Assembly (NCBI GenBank): GCA_964636085.1
Contig: CAZWPQ010000011.1
Coordinates: 23,948 to 51,557 of the forward strand
Direction: 5' to 3'
DNA from: an uncultured Nitrososphaerota archaeon
GTDB taxonomy: Archaea > Asgardarchaeota > Njordarchaeia > Njordarchaeales > Panguiarchaeaceae
DNA length: 27,610 bases
The number at the start of each line of letters is the position of its first letter. Position 1 is the stretch's first letter. Below the pieces are notes generated by a model that saw nothing but the letters and a program-made list of their open reading frames with translations, did no database searches and was not told the origin of the DNA. The translations under genes were made by a program, and so were the position numbers. Positions 16,440 through 24,495 of the stretch are shown piece after piece.

Positions 16440-18074
16440 TTACATGGTGACTTCATACTTAAATCTTGAATACTTTGCTATGAATGCCTGCTTAATTGTT
16501 TTCTCAAAATCCTTCGTAATAATAGAACTTATTAGGCGCCTAATTTTGTCGTCTGGCATACCTATTCTTTCTAGAACATGTCTAGGAATCAAAACCCTAA
16601 ACACGGCAAAGTCCGTTATTCTAGCCGATGTTATTACCCATGCATTAGCCTCGCTAACGGACACAATTTTATGTCTCTCAACATCGATAAGAGGAAACAT
16701 CGAGTAGGGCAAGTATGGATTTAGTGGGAAGAACTTTATTGGTGGAGAATCTATAAATATGTCGTTTGTATCTATCTCAAGGATCTCCCCTATTGTCTCC
16801 TTGAGATTTCTTATGACAACATCGAAATTATCCACATCGCCTATATGTTCTATATCTGATTGAAGTATTGTGATCTCTTGCGAATATATCTCCCTGAGGT
16901 AGGGCTTCCTATAGAGTATACGCTTTGCCAACTCCCTGAGTTTGCCATCGTTGCTCTCTAGTGCTTTAAACAGTATATAGTTGTCATCCATTTTTTCCAA
17001 TAGATCCAAGATTTCCTCTTCTCCCCTCACAATACCTTCATAGATTCCCTCAAAATCTATGATTTGCTTATCATAGATGCTCACTAGAAGCTCCTTTATA
17101 ACATAATCCATGAGTCGTGAAAATTTGTGGAAGTAAACATTGTTAAAAAGCCAGAGCCGGGAATATAGGAATGCCCTCAAGGCCCCAATAGCCTTCCTAA
17201 GCAAGCCTATATAAAGTTTCTTTTCTCCCTTGGTGTCAATCTTATTCTTCTCCACGATCATCGAGAATACAAACAGTCGATCCACATCGATTCTTCCATA
17301 TTCTACCGCACCTGTGAAGTAGGAATCTCTTAAACAAAAATCAATAATATCTGCTGGGTAGACAAATTCCTTGACTACATGTCTCATAACTTCATATGCT
17401 ATCCTTTTTGGCCTACCTAATAGCCTCCTAGGCTTCATTATATGATCTAAGCATTCAATCACAATATCGGCGTCCACAAGATTGTCGTCGTAATGCCTCT
17501 CCATGAATCTTATCATGTTATCCCTAAGGAAGTTTTTATATATGAAGTAGCTTGTGTCTTCATGAGACTGAATTCCCAGACTTCTTATCTTTTTGCTCCT
17601 AGAAATAATGGCCTCGTCAAATGCATGGGAGTAAGGCATATGCCCGACATCGTGAAGTAATCCCCCCAGCCTAACAGCTATTAAAATCGAAACTATATCT
17701 CTTTCTTCCTCTAACCCAATTTCGTCGAATAGGGGGACAGAATAGGAGGTGTCGCCAGCGGAAGCACATGGAGCTTTTTGTCCCGCAAAGGCGTGGGATG
17801 TTCTCAGCAAAGCCAATGCAAACTTGCCGGCTAGATGCATAACCCCTACCGAATGAAGAAATCTGCTGTGTGTAGCGCCAGGATAAACAGTATATGCTAC
17901 TTGAAGCTGGTGAATTCTACGGAGTCTCTGAAAGATTTTAGAATCTATGACTTGTTCTTCTAACCTGGTGAAGGGTATGTATATGTGTATTGGGTCTCTT
18001 ATATATTTATGCACATGAGTAGACATAATCCCGGTATCCAGCAATTCTATTATTTGAATCCTCGCGTTCATCAT
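16440..18074 (-). CDS. HD-domain phosphohydrolase (SAMHD1/dGTPase-like, YdhJ type)
   Basis: IRDPIH, FQRLRRIHQL...VYPGATHSRF.HS.GV.HLA, LLHDVGH.PYSHAF, HED, AD..D...RDSYFTG, VYFHK. Start uncertain (18092, 18074 or 18071); AGGGGG precedes 18074. Confidence 0.9.
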   Translation of the reverse strand: MMNARIQIIELLDTGIMSTHVHKYIRDPIHIYIPFTRLEEQVIDSKIFQRLRRIHQLQVAYTVYPGATHSRFLHSVGVMHLAGKFALALLRTSHAFAGQKAPCASAGDTSYSVPLFDEIGLEEERDIVSILIAVRLGGLLHDVGHMPYSHAFDEAIISRSKKIRSLGIQSHEDTSYFIYKNFLRDNMIRFMERHYDDNLVDADIVIECLDHIMKPRRLLGRPKRIAYEVMRHVVKEFVYPADIIDFCLRDSYFTGAVEYGRIDVDRLFVFSMIVEKNKIDTKGEKKLYIGLLRKAIGALRAFLYSRLWLFNNVYFHKFSRLMDYVIKELLVSIYDKQIIDFEGIYEGIVRGEEEILDLLEKMDDNYILFKALESNDGKLRELAKRILYRKPYLREIYSQEITILQSDIEHIGDVDNFDVVIRNLKETIGEILEIDTNDIFIDSPPIKFFPLNPYLPYSMFPLIDVERHKIVSVSEANAWVITSARITDFAVFRVLIPRHVLERIGMPDDKIRRLISSIITKDFEKTIKQAFIAKYSRFKYEVTM

Positions 18075-18081
18075 AATCCCC

Positions 18082-18960
18082 CTACTCAACATGGAATTCT
18101 TCTAGGACTTCCGGTTGTAGTTTTGAATAGACAATATTTTCCAAGTATTCCCTGGATAAAAGAGCACCCTCTTTATCCGATACCTCAAAAATTAGTGGAA
18201 CTTTTAAGTTGAGTCTTAATAATATTTCAACGAATTTTTCCCAATTAATAGTTCCCTCTCCGCATGCTAGCATATCTTTTGAAAATGCTGGGTTCGTATC
18301 CCTTACATGGAAGGATATGATCTTTTCCTTAAATCTATCTATTATTTCTGACATCTCCATTATTGGAAAACCTACAGCCTGCACTGTGTCTATAGTTACA
18401 TAGATGTACTCGTCGTTATCAAAATCGTTTAGAATTTTTTCTAGTAACTTGGGGTGGCCAAGATCAAAGCAACCACTTCTAAGTTCCATGCTGAGTTTTA
18501 CGTTTAAATCTTTGGCGACCTTCAAAAGATCTGAAATGGAGCCCTTTAGTTTTCTGTACGCTTTGCCCCATAATGTTTTGGCTGGAAAGAATTTAAAGCC
18601 GAGGTGAAAAGTGACCCATTTAGCATTTATGATGCTAGCGAAGTGTATAGAGTTAATCAATTCATCCACTGCAAATTTTCTCATTCGTTCACTAAGACTA
18701 GCAAGGTCAATAGAATAGAACGGTGCGTGGATGGATAGACTAATTTTGTGTTTATGACTAAGCTCCCTAACACGCTCAACATGACTATCTGGAATCAATA
18801 CCGAGTGGTAGTGGCCGTCATTAATTATCTCGAGATGCCTGAAATCATTTCTTATAGCAAAGACTATCCCATCAACTATAGTTTCTTTGCGTCTGACATT
18901 GAGTATTGATGTGGACACACCATACTTAAATGTAAAGGGATGCGACAAAATAAACACCAT
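18082..18960 (-). CDS. Xylose-isomerase-like / AP endonuclease 2 family TIM-barrel protein
   Basis: SIHAPF..IDLAS.....R, VTFHLG, LSMEL, TIDTVQ, FHVRD, GEGTINW, LIFEV. Most metal ligands are kept; two His positions are replaced. Confidence 0.85.
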   Translation of the reverse strand: MVFILSHPFTFKYGVSTSILNVRRKETIVDGIVFAIRNDFRHLEIINDGHYHSVLIPDSHVERVRELSHKHKISLSIHAPFYSIDLASLSERMRKFAVDELINSIHFASIINAKWVTFHLGFKFFPAKTLWGKAYRKLKGSISDLLKVAKDLNVKLSMELRSGCFDLGHPKLLEKILNDFDNDEYIYVTIDTVQAVGFPIMEMSEIIDRFKEKIISFHVRDTNPAFSKDMLACGEGTINWEKFVEILLRLNLKVPLIFEVSDKEGALLSREYLENIVYSKLQPEVLEEFHVE

Positions 18961-19029
18961 TATGCTATATACTTATCTATTATTTATCTACTTAAGACAA
19001 AACTCACTACTATCATTGTCACTATTATG

Positions 19030-19080
19030 TTTGAACGTTTTCAAATTCTTTTATAAGATACTTACAGTGATACTTACAGT
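19030..19080. promoter_or_regulatory. Divergent promoter: inverted repeat, TATA box and 12-bp tandem direct repeat
   Basis: TTTGAA-cgtt-TTCAAA (19030-19045), TTTTATAA (19049-19056), then GATACTTACAGT twice (19057-19068 and 19069-19080). Confidence 0.55.
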
Positions 19081-19160
19081 TATAATGGATTACAAAATCC
19101 CCCGAGTAGTGGTATTGGTGTTCGCTGAGCAGAAAGAAAAAATTGTTAGGTATGTCTAAT

Positions 19161-20003
19161 ATGAGTCAACAGAGGGGCTATATTCAACTGGATTTGTTTG
19201 GAAAGGCACCAGAAGTTATCATCGATACGCATGAAGTTGGAACAAATAGGACAACATCGGTGACACTATTTCTGGAGAAAGTCAAGGCTAGAAAAATTAG
19301 CTTTAAGATACAAAAACTAGATATTGGAGATGTTATATTGCCCAATGGCTATGCTATAGAGAGAAAATCTGTCAGGGATTTTCTAAATTCTCTCATGGGG
19401 TCTAAGGATGGAAGAGCAAGGCTCTTCGAACAAATCCGTACACTATCTGAAGCTTATGAACGTCCAATTCTACTTATTGAGGGCGGCCTCTCGATAAGAC
19501 TAGATCCATGGGATAAGGCCATATACATACCTATTCGAAAGAAGAAACTAAGAAGACGTATATACGCAGTAATAGAGGAGAGAATTGGCGTCCACCCTAA
19601 TGCCTTTCTCGGTACGATCAAAAAAATCGAAGAACTAGGTATAGAAGTAATTAAGAGTTATGGTCCCCGACATGGAGCGCATATTCTTTGGAGTCTGTAC
19701 CTAAGGGCACGTGGCAAGGATAATCTTGGTGAAGAAATAGGTCCTAATGAATATCCTATAATCAGGGTGAAGCCTAGGCTTAGAAGTCTTAGGGAGCAAC
19801 AAATATTCTTTCTGTGTGGGCTACCGGGTATTAGCTATGCGAGGGCGATAAAAATATTAAAAACATATGGGTCTCCCTATAATGCAATTCTAAAGGTACG
19901 TAGATGGGACATCGATGTGGATGGTATTGGTGCTGCCACACTGGATAAGGTTCATAGGGTTCTTTTTCGTGAGTTTCCAATAGATCGAGATGAGGAAAAA
20001 TGA
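19161..20003 (+). CDS. xpf: ERCC4/XPF-family structure-specific endonuclease, short form (nuclease + HhH2, no helicase)
   Basis: IIDTHE, LDIGDVIL, AIERKSVRDFLNSL (ERKx3D), RLFEQ..LSEAYERPILLIEG, and HhH motifs LPGIS and VDGIG. Start is 19161 or 19152; the ORF track uses TTG 19143. Confidence 0.9.
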   Translation: MSQQRGYIQLDLFGKAPEVIIDTHEVGTNRTTSVTLFLEKVKARKISFKIQKLDIGDVILPNGYAIERKSVRDFLNSLMGSKDGRARLFEQIRTLSEAYERPILLIEGGLSIRLDPWDKAIYIPIRKKKLRRRIYAVIEERIGVHPNAFLGTIKKIEELGIEVIKSYGPRHGAHILWSLYLRARGKDNLGEEIGPNEYPIIRVKPRLRSLREQQIFFLCGLPGISYARAIKILKTYGSPYNAILKVRRWDIDVDGIGAATLDKVHRVLFREFPIDRDEEK

Positions 20004-20815
20004 CCGTTCTAGGAATAAGTTCGATATATAAGTATCCGAAAGCACTAATTGGCGCTATTAAGGAATCCGCACTCTTAGGATTTAGACATATAAATATATT
20101 TGCTTACCCCCCCCACTTCAAAGAGGATTCGGAGGAATATATAAGGAAGGTATCCAAAGCATTATTGGAGTATGGTATTGACTGTTCGATAAAGATACAG
20201 GGCTATACATTAAACCTTGCTGCGACAAATCCAAATCTTAGGAAGAAAAGCATTGATGAGGTAATTTACTGGATTTATGTGGCATCAAGGCTTAATTGTT
20301 CTGCGGTAATACTTAGGGCGGGGATGTTCTTCTATTCAGAGCGTGTCTTTAGGGATAGGACATATGATAGGCTAGTAAAAACACTTAGGGGGATAATAGA
20401 TAAGGCGCATGAAGTGGGTTTGGATGTCTATGTTGAGAACTATCCATATCCCTTCGATATAATTGTGTTGCCTTCAGATTTTGCTAGGCTTTCGAGGGAT
20501 GTGCACTCGAGGCTCCACTTCGCATTAAACATACCTCACCTATATGACATATATAAAAATAGAAGGGTCGATGTAAACACGGAACTGCAGCTTGTGCTTC
20601 CATGGACTCGTATGGCCTATGTAAGTGATTATATAAACCCTTGGGACTGTCCGCATAGAATACTAGAGGCCGAAGAAGAAAAATTTAGAGAGTTTACCGA
20701 GAGAGTTCTAAGAACTATTAAAAGAGGGGAGCTGGGACTCCTGATAATCGTGGGCTACAGTAAGGAAGATATCATAAAGATAAAAGAATACCTAACGGAG
20801 GCTGAGCTTATATAG
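20000..20815 (+). CDS. Xylose-isomerase-like TIM-barrel protein with degenerate metal ligands
   Basis: The scaffold is kept (LNLAATNPNLRKKSI, VYVENYP), but ligand positions read SIKIQ, ILRAG, LNIPH, AYVSD and IIVGY. ATGA overlap with the xpf stop. Confidence 0.75.
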   Translation: MTVLGISSIYKYPKALIGAIKESALLGFRHINIFAYPPHFKEDSEEYIRKVSKALLEYGIDCSIKIQGYTLNLAATNPNLRKKSIDEVIYWIYVASRLNCSAVILRAGMFFYSERVFRDRTYDRLVKTLRGIIDKAHEVGLDVYVENYPYPFDIIVLPSDFARLSRDVHSRLHFALNIPHLYDIYKNRRVDVNTELQLVLPWTRMAYVSDYINPWDCPHRILEAEEEKFREFTERVLRTIKRGELGLLIIVGYSKEDIIKIKEYLTEAELI

Positions 20816-20826
20816 GAGTCTGCTGT

Positions 20827-21192
20827 CTAGTATCCGAAATCATGCTCAGAACTTTCAGCATCAGATTGTTCTTCCTCCCCTTCCTCCTCTTCTTCTTTTC
20901 CCCCATATTGCTCCTTTTCCTCAAGGATTTTCTTTATTCTCTCCTCTATTAAACGTTTTTCTTCATCCTCTCTTATGGAGCCGATGAAGACTTTCAGGGC
21001 GAAGATTCTCGAGGCAACTACGAGGAGCGAAAGTATAGTGCCTAGAAGAAATATATAGCCCCACACAATTATACCTGGACAACCAATTCTATATCCCATA
21101 TAAACAATCGCAATGGAGAGAGAAATCATGAACAAAATAGCAAATACACCACTCATGTTAATCTTTAACTCTGGTTGTTGTTCCTCGCTCAT
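20827..21192 (-). CDS. Small membrane protein: two TM helices and an acidic C-terminal tail
   Basis: Two hydrophobic stretches followed by a Glu-rich coiled/acidic tail (EEEEEGEEEQSDAE). A GTGTGA RBS-like motif lies upstream. Confidence 0.75.
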   Translation of the reverse strand: MSEEQQPELKINMSGVFAILFMISLSIAIVYMGYRIGCPGIIVWGYIFLLGTILSLLVVASRIFALKVFIGSIREDEEKRLIEERIKKILEEKEQYGGKEEEEEGEEEQSDAESSEHDFGY

Positions 21193-21531
21193 AAAACATC
21201 ACACTTACTAAATATCAGTATTGTAACAACTTCTAAAAAAGTTTCGTAAAAATTAGCGAAGGAATCAAAGTGATGTGGTGATAAAGACAAGTACAATGAG
21301 ATTAATAAACTGTGATATGGCCTCGAATAGAAGGATAAACTTGTTTTTTACGTGAATCGTCGAATTGTTTATTCGATGAACATAATTTCAAAATAACAAG
21401 TTAGGTAAAATGAAGTGTTAGGGTTGGGAACATTTTGTCTGGTTCTGGAATATAAATAAAAAAATGTACTTTACCATGATGTAAAAGTGGGATTATTTGA
21501 ACATATAATTGAGCAAGAAAGGTGAAAAATA

Positions 21532-22812
21532 ATGGGTAGTGCTGTTCCAAAGCGTATGGTCACAATATATAAATGGAGAGTCCCTGCAATGTTTCTAGTC
21601 TATATGTTTATTGTTATTCTACTTGTAATCTCAGCGATATTACCATGGGTTCATTGTAGCGTAACTCTAACTAAGCTCGTTGACATATTATCTGCAGAGG
21701 GATCCATATGTCTTAATGTGTATCTATGGGGCCACTATGAGTTGAGTGGAAGTATAACCGCATATACCAAGGAAGGAGTCGAGGTATCGATACCTTTCCA
21801 CAATGCTAGTGGGGTAATATCGGCCATGTATCCAGTATTTGCGTCGGTGATTATATTGATCGTGTTGAACTTAATATTGGCGTTATCAGAGCTTGGAAAA
21901 TTTAAGTTTCTTGAGAGAATAACCGATAGGATTAGGTTTATCATAGAGACTGCTTGCTGGGTCATAGCCTTGATGACAAGCCTATACTTCGCGTATTTCC
22001 ACAATACGTTTGGCATTATGGATAGTAACATAGGCTCCACTAAGGCCTCTCTATATTCCAATGCATATCAGGTAACCGTCGAATATACACACACGGACAT
22101 AGGATATTCGTTTTCTTGGGGCCCTGGCTATGTGATATTCTTCATTTGTACTGTCTTGATAACGTTGATGTATATTGACAAATATATCTTTACCGATATG
22201 CTAGAGCTCTCATCGATGTGGAGATTTAGGGGTCATTTAAATGTATTTGCCCTATTTATGCTAGCCTATCCGTTCGCCGAAGCGGTCGTGGGTGACTCCT
22301 ATCACATGTGGTCGAGTCTATATCATCTCGTGGTATTCGATTATGGATGTATTGCCGAGTTAAATCCGTCTGTATTTATAAAAATGGTCGTTCTAATCTA
22401 TATTAACATGATATTGTTTACGTTGGGAACAACGATACTTCCATCACGTCACGTGATGAAGTCGACCCCATTTATCACTCTTGCACTTCCAGACGAGGAG
22501 ATTTTAAGAAGACACAAAATGTTGCCGTCGGTTACCCGATGGAAAAGAGTAATTGATTTTAGCATATCCATAATCGCGTTCATAGCTCTGGTGCTATGGT
22601 ATCTTGGTCTTGTGCGGGGATTAGGAGGGGTATCAATAAGCATATCTCAGTATGGAGGTGTGGTTCCCGAGGCTATCTTGACAGAATCTCCATGGATTGC
22701 TAAATGGTCAATACCTCCCGCAGTAGGGGAATTATGGTCGACACCGCCTGCTTATATCTTGACCATAACGATAATGATACAAGCGTTAATAATACTTAAA
22801 CCAACGCGCTAG
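21532..22812 (+). CDS. Polytopic membrane protein (~8 TM), possibly two tandem claudin/PMP22-like tetraspan units
   Basis: AAGGTGA RBS 6 nt upstream. Pattern: TM1 ending SAILPW, beta-rich loop with YLWG, TM2, TM3, then SFSWGPGYVIFF leading into TM4. The second half repeats this layout (LAYPF...WSTPPAYIL). Confidence 0.7.
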   Translation: MGSAVPKRMVTIYKWRVPAMFLVYMFIVILLVISAILPWVHCSVTLTKLVDILSAEGSICLNVYLWGHYELSGSITAYTKEGVEVSIPFHNASGVISAMYPVFASVIILIVLNLILALSELGKFKFLERITDRIRFIIETACWVIALMTSLYFAYFHNTFGIMDSNIGSTKASLYSNAYQVTVEYTHTDIGYSFSWGPGYVIFFICTVLITLMYIDKYIFTDMLELSSMWRFRGHLNVFALFMLAYPFAEAVVGDSYHMWSSLYHLVVFDYGCIAELNPSVFIKMVVLIYINMILFTLGTTILPSRHVMKSTPFITLALPDEEILRRHKMLPSVTRWKRVIDFSISIIAFIALVLWYLGLVRGLGGVSISISQYGGVVPEAILTESPWIAKWSIPPAVGELWSTPPAYILTITIMIQALIILKPTR

Positions 22813-22888
22813 GTTTTTTCCTTTAGTTTCACTAATTTTTCTATTGATCGTCTTATCGGAATACATCAGCTACTTAGTTATATTGTGG

Positions 22889-24112
22889 CTAGTTAATCTT
22901 TTTCCTCCAATTAATCAATTTCTTTATAGCAAGAATAATAAGCTCTATTTCCTCGGAATCAAGGCCCGGATACATTGGAAGCCAAATGGAGTTTTTGGCG
23001 AGTTTTTCTGCTAAGGGGAGTGTTATCTTGGAATAATTGGGATAGCGCAAAATTTTGGCAAAATGATTTATCTGAGGGTCATTAATATTGGAAAATAGTT
23101 TTGTCTTATGGAGTGGTATGTGATAGCCTTTTCTAGCCATGATTCCTTCTGCATTTAGTGCATTCACAAATGCATCTCTATCCCAACCAATAGCATTGGG
23201 ATCTACACTTATGTTGAATATGTAGTATGCATGTTTTTTATAGGGCTTTTCCTCGGGGGGTGTGATGCCAGGGATATTTTCTAACATTTCACGCATAATT
23301 TTTGCGGCCCTTCTACGTTGCTCTATAAACTTATCTAGTTTTTTTAACTGGCAACAGGCAATGGCGGCCTCGATTTCTGAGATTCTCATATTGTATCCCA
23401 GTCTGATGTACTCATATGCTCTTTTTGCCCCTTCTAGTACCTTTAACTCTCCATGAGCTTGGAGAAGCCTAATTTTCTCCGCAATTTCGTCACTATTTGT
23501 GGTAATAATACCTCCCCATCCCCCCGCGGCTATTACTTTTGATGGGTATAGACTAAATACAGCAATATCGCCTAGTTTCCCCACTTTATAGCCACGATAT
23601 TCAGCACCATGTGCATGTGATGCATCCTCAATTATTGGTACTCCTTGTTCTTCCGCATATTGTCTTATCTCATTGAACTCTACTGGATTGCCATACAAAT
23701 GAACGATTGTGATCCCATCGCACCTATCCAATCTTGACAATTCATCTGGGTTAATGTTCCCATCAGGTAAGACGTCAACGAATATAGGGATTGCTCCCGT
23801 ATGTACTATGGCAGAAGCTGTCGAGATGAATGTGAGTGGTGTTGTTGCGATTTCTTTGCCAAATGTAAGGTCTAGGGCTAAATTGGCCAAAAAGAGACCA
23901 TCTGTGCCGTTACTAACGGCTATTGCATGTTTGACTCCGATATATCTAGCAAACTCTTTCTCAAGAATCCTAGTATATTTTCCTCCAACAAATCGCCTAG
24001 ATGTTATGACCTCCCTAACAGCCTCAGACTCCTCCTCGCCTATTATTATCTTTGTGAAGGGGATGGGTCTCTTTGTAATTGGTGGTCCACCAAGTATTGC
24101 TGGTTTTTCCAT
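22889..24112 (-). CDS. DegT/DnrJ/EryC1/StrS family PLP-dependent sugar aminotransferase
   Basis: KPAILGG, AVSNGT, TFISTA, VHLYG, IIEDASHAHGA, FSLYPSK (PLP Lys), GYNMRISEIEAA, LPMYP. Confidence 0.93.
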   Translation of the reverse strand: MEKPAILGGPPITKRPIPFTKIIIGEEESEAVREVITSRRFVGGKYTRILEKEFARYIGVKHAIAVSNGTDGLFLANLALDLTFGKEIATTPLTFISTASAIVHTGAIPIFVDVLPDGNINPDELSRLDRCDGITIVHLYGNPVEFNEIRQYAEEQGVPIIEDASHAHGAEYRGYKVGKLGDIAVFSLYPSKVIAAGGWGGIITTNSDEIAEKIRLLQAHGELKVLEGAKRAYEYIRLGYNMRISEIEAAIACCQLKKLDKFIEQRRRAAKIMREMLENIPGITPPEEKPYKKHAYYIFNISVDPNAIGWDRDAFVNALNAEGIMARKGYHIPLHKTKLFSNINDPQINHFAKILRYPNYSKITLPLAEKLAKNSIWLPMYPGLDSEEIELIILAIKKLINWRKKIN

Positions 24113-24495
24113 TATATGCTCCCTAGGGAATGCGTAAAAATAATTATATACAACAATAGTATAGAAGTATGGTTATCAATGTAAATATCCCGCAGTTGAA
24201 TAGATGAGAAGGTTTATTCCCCAAATTTGTCTGGCATTACTTTACGATTTTCTATGGTATCAATATACTAAGTCTGTTGTATGCTTTGGTTTTTAGATAG
24301 ACACACTCTATGACTGGGTCTGGAGGTATAATGACTAAGCAGCCAGGGAGGGATACTTAGGTATCTTTCAAAACGGTATACTCACGAATTAGGGGATACT
24401 ATAACTAACTTCTATGTGAGGCTTTTTTATTTAATGTTTACAATTAAGTAGAGGTGCAAGCAATTTTTAAATGGTGAATTAATGGGTGTATTGGA

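Noticed and set aside
14386-18074. Cas3-like HD nuclease + SF2 helicase pair or antiviral defence module
   Set aside because: The HD protein has SAMHD1/dGTPase-type motifs (RDPIH, FQRLRRI.QL, YPGATHSRF) and the helicase has XPB motifs. Neither resembles Cas3, and no cas genes are present.
18887-19159. 90-aa + strand ORF spanning the divergent promoter
   Set aside because: It has a TTG start, low-complexity AT-rich sequence, and overlaps both flanking genes. Its ILTVILTV simply reflects the 12-bp DNA repeat.
455-24184. Numerous 60-180-aa antisense or alternate-frame ORFs in the track (e.g. 12011-12550, 14471-14989, 23709-24137)
   Set aside because: They are shadows of well-supported genes on the opposite strand, with Ser/Ile/Phe-rich antisense composition and no motifs.
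24358-24360. Pyrrolysine/amber readthrough of the mini-ORF
   Set aside because: Readthrough gives only 25 codons before TAA, and many genuine genes here end in TAG.
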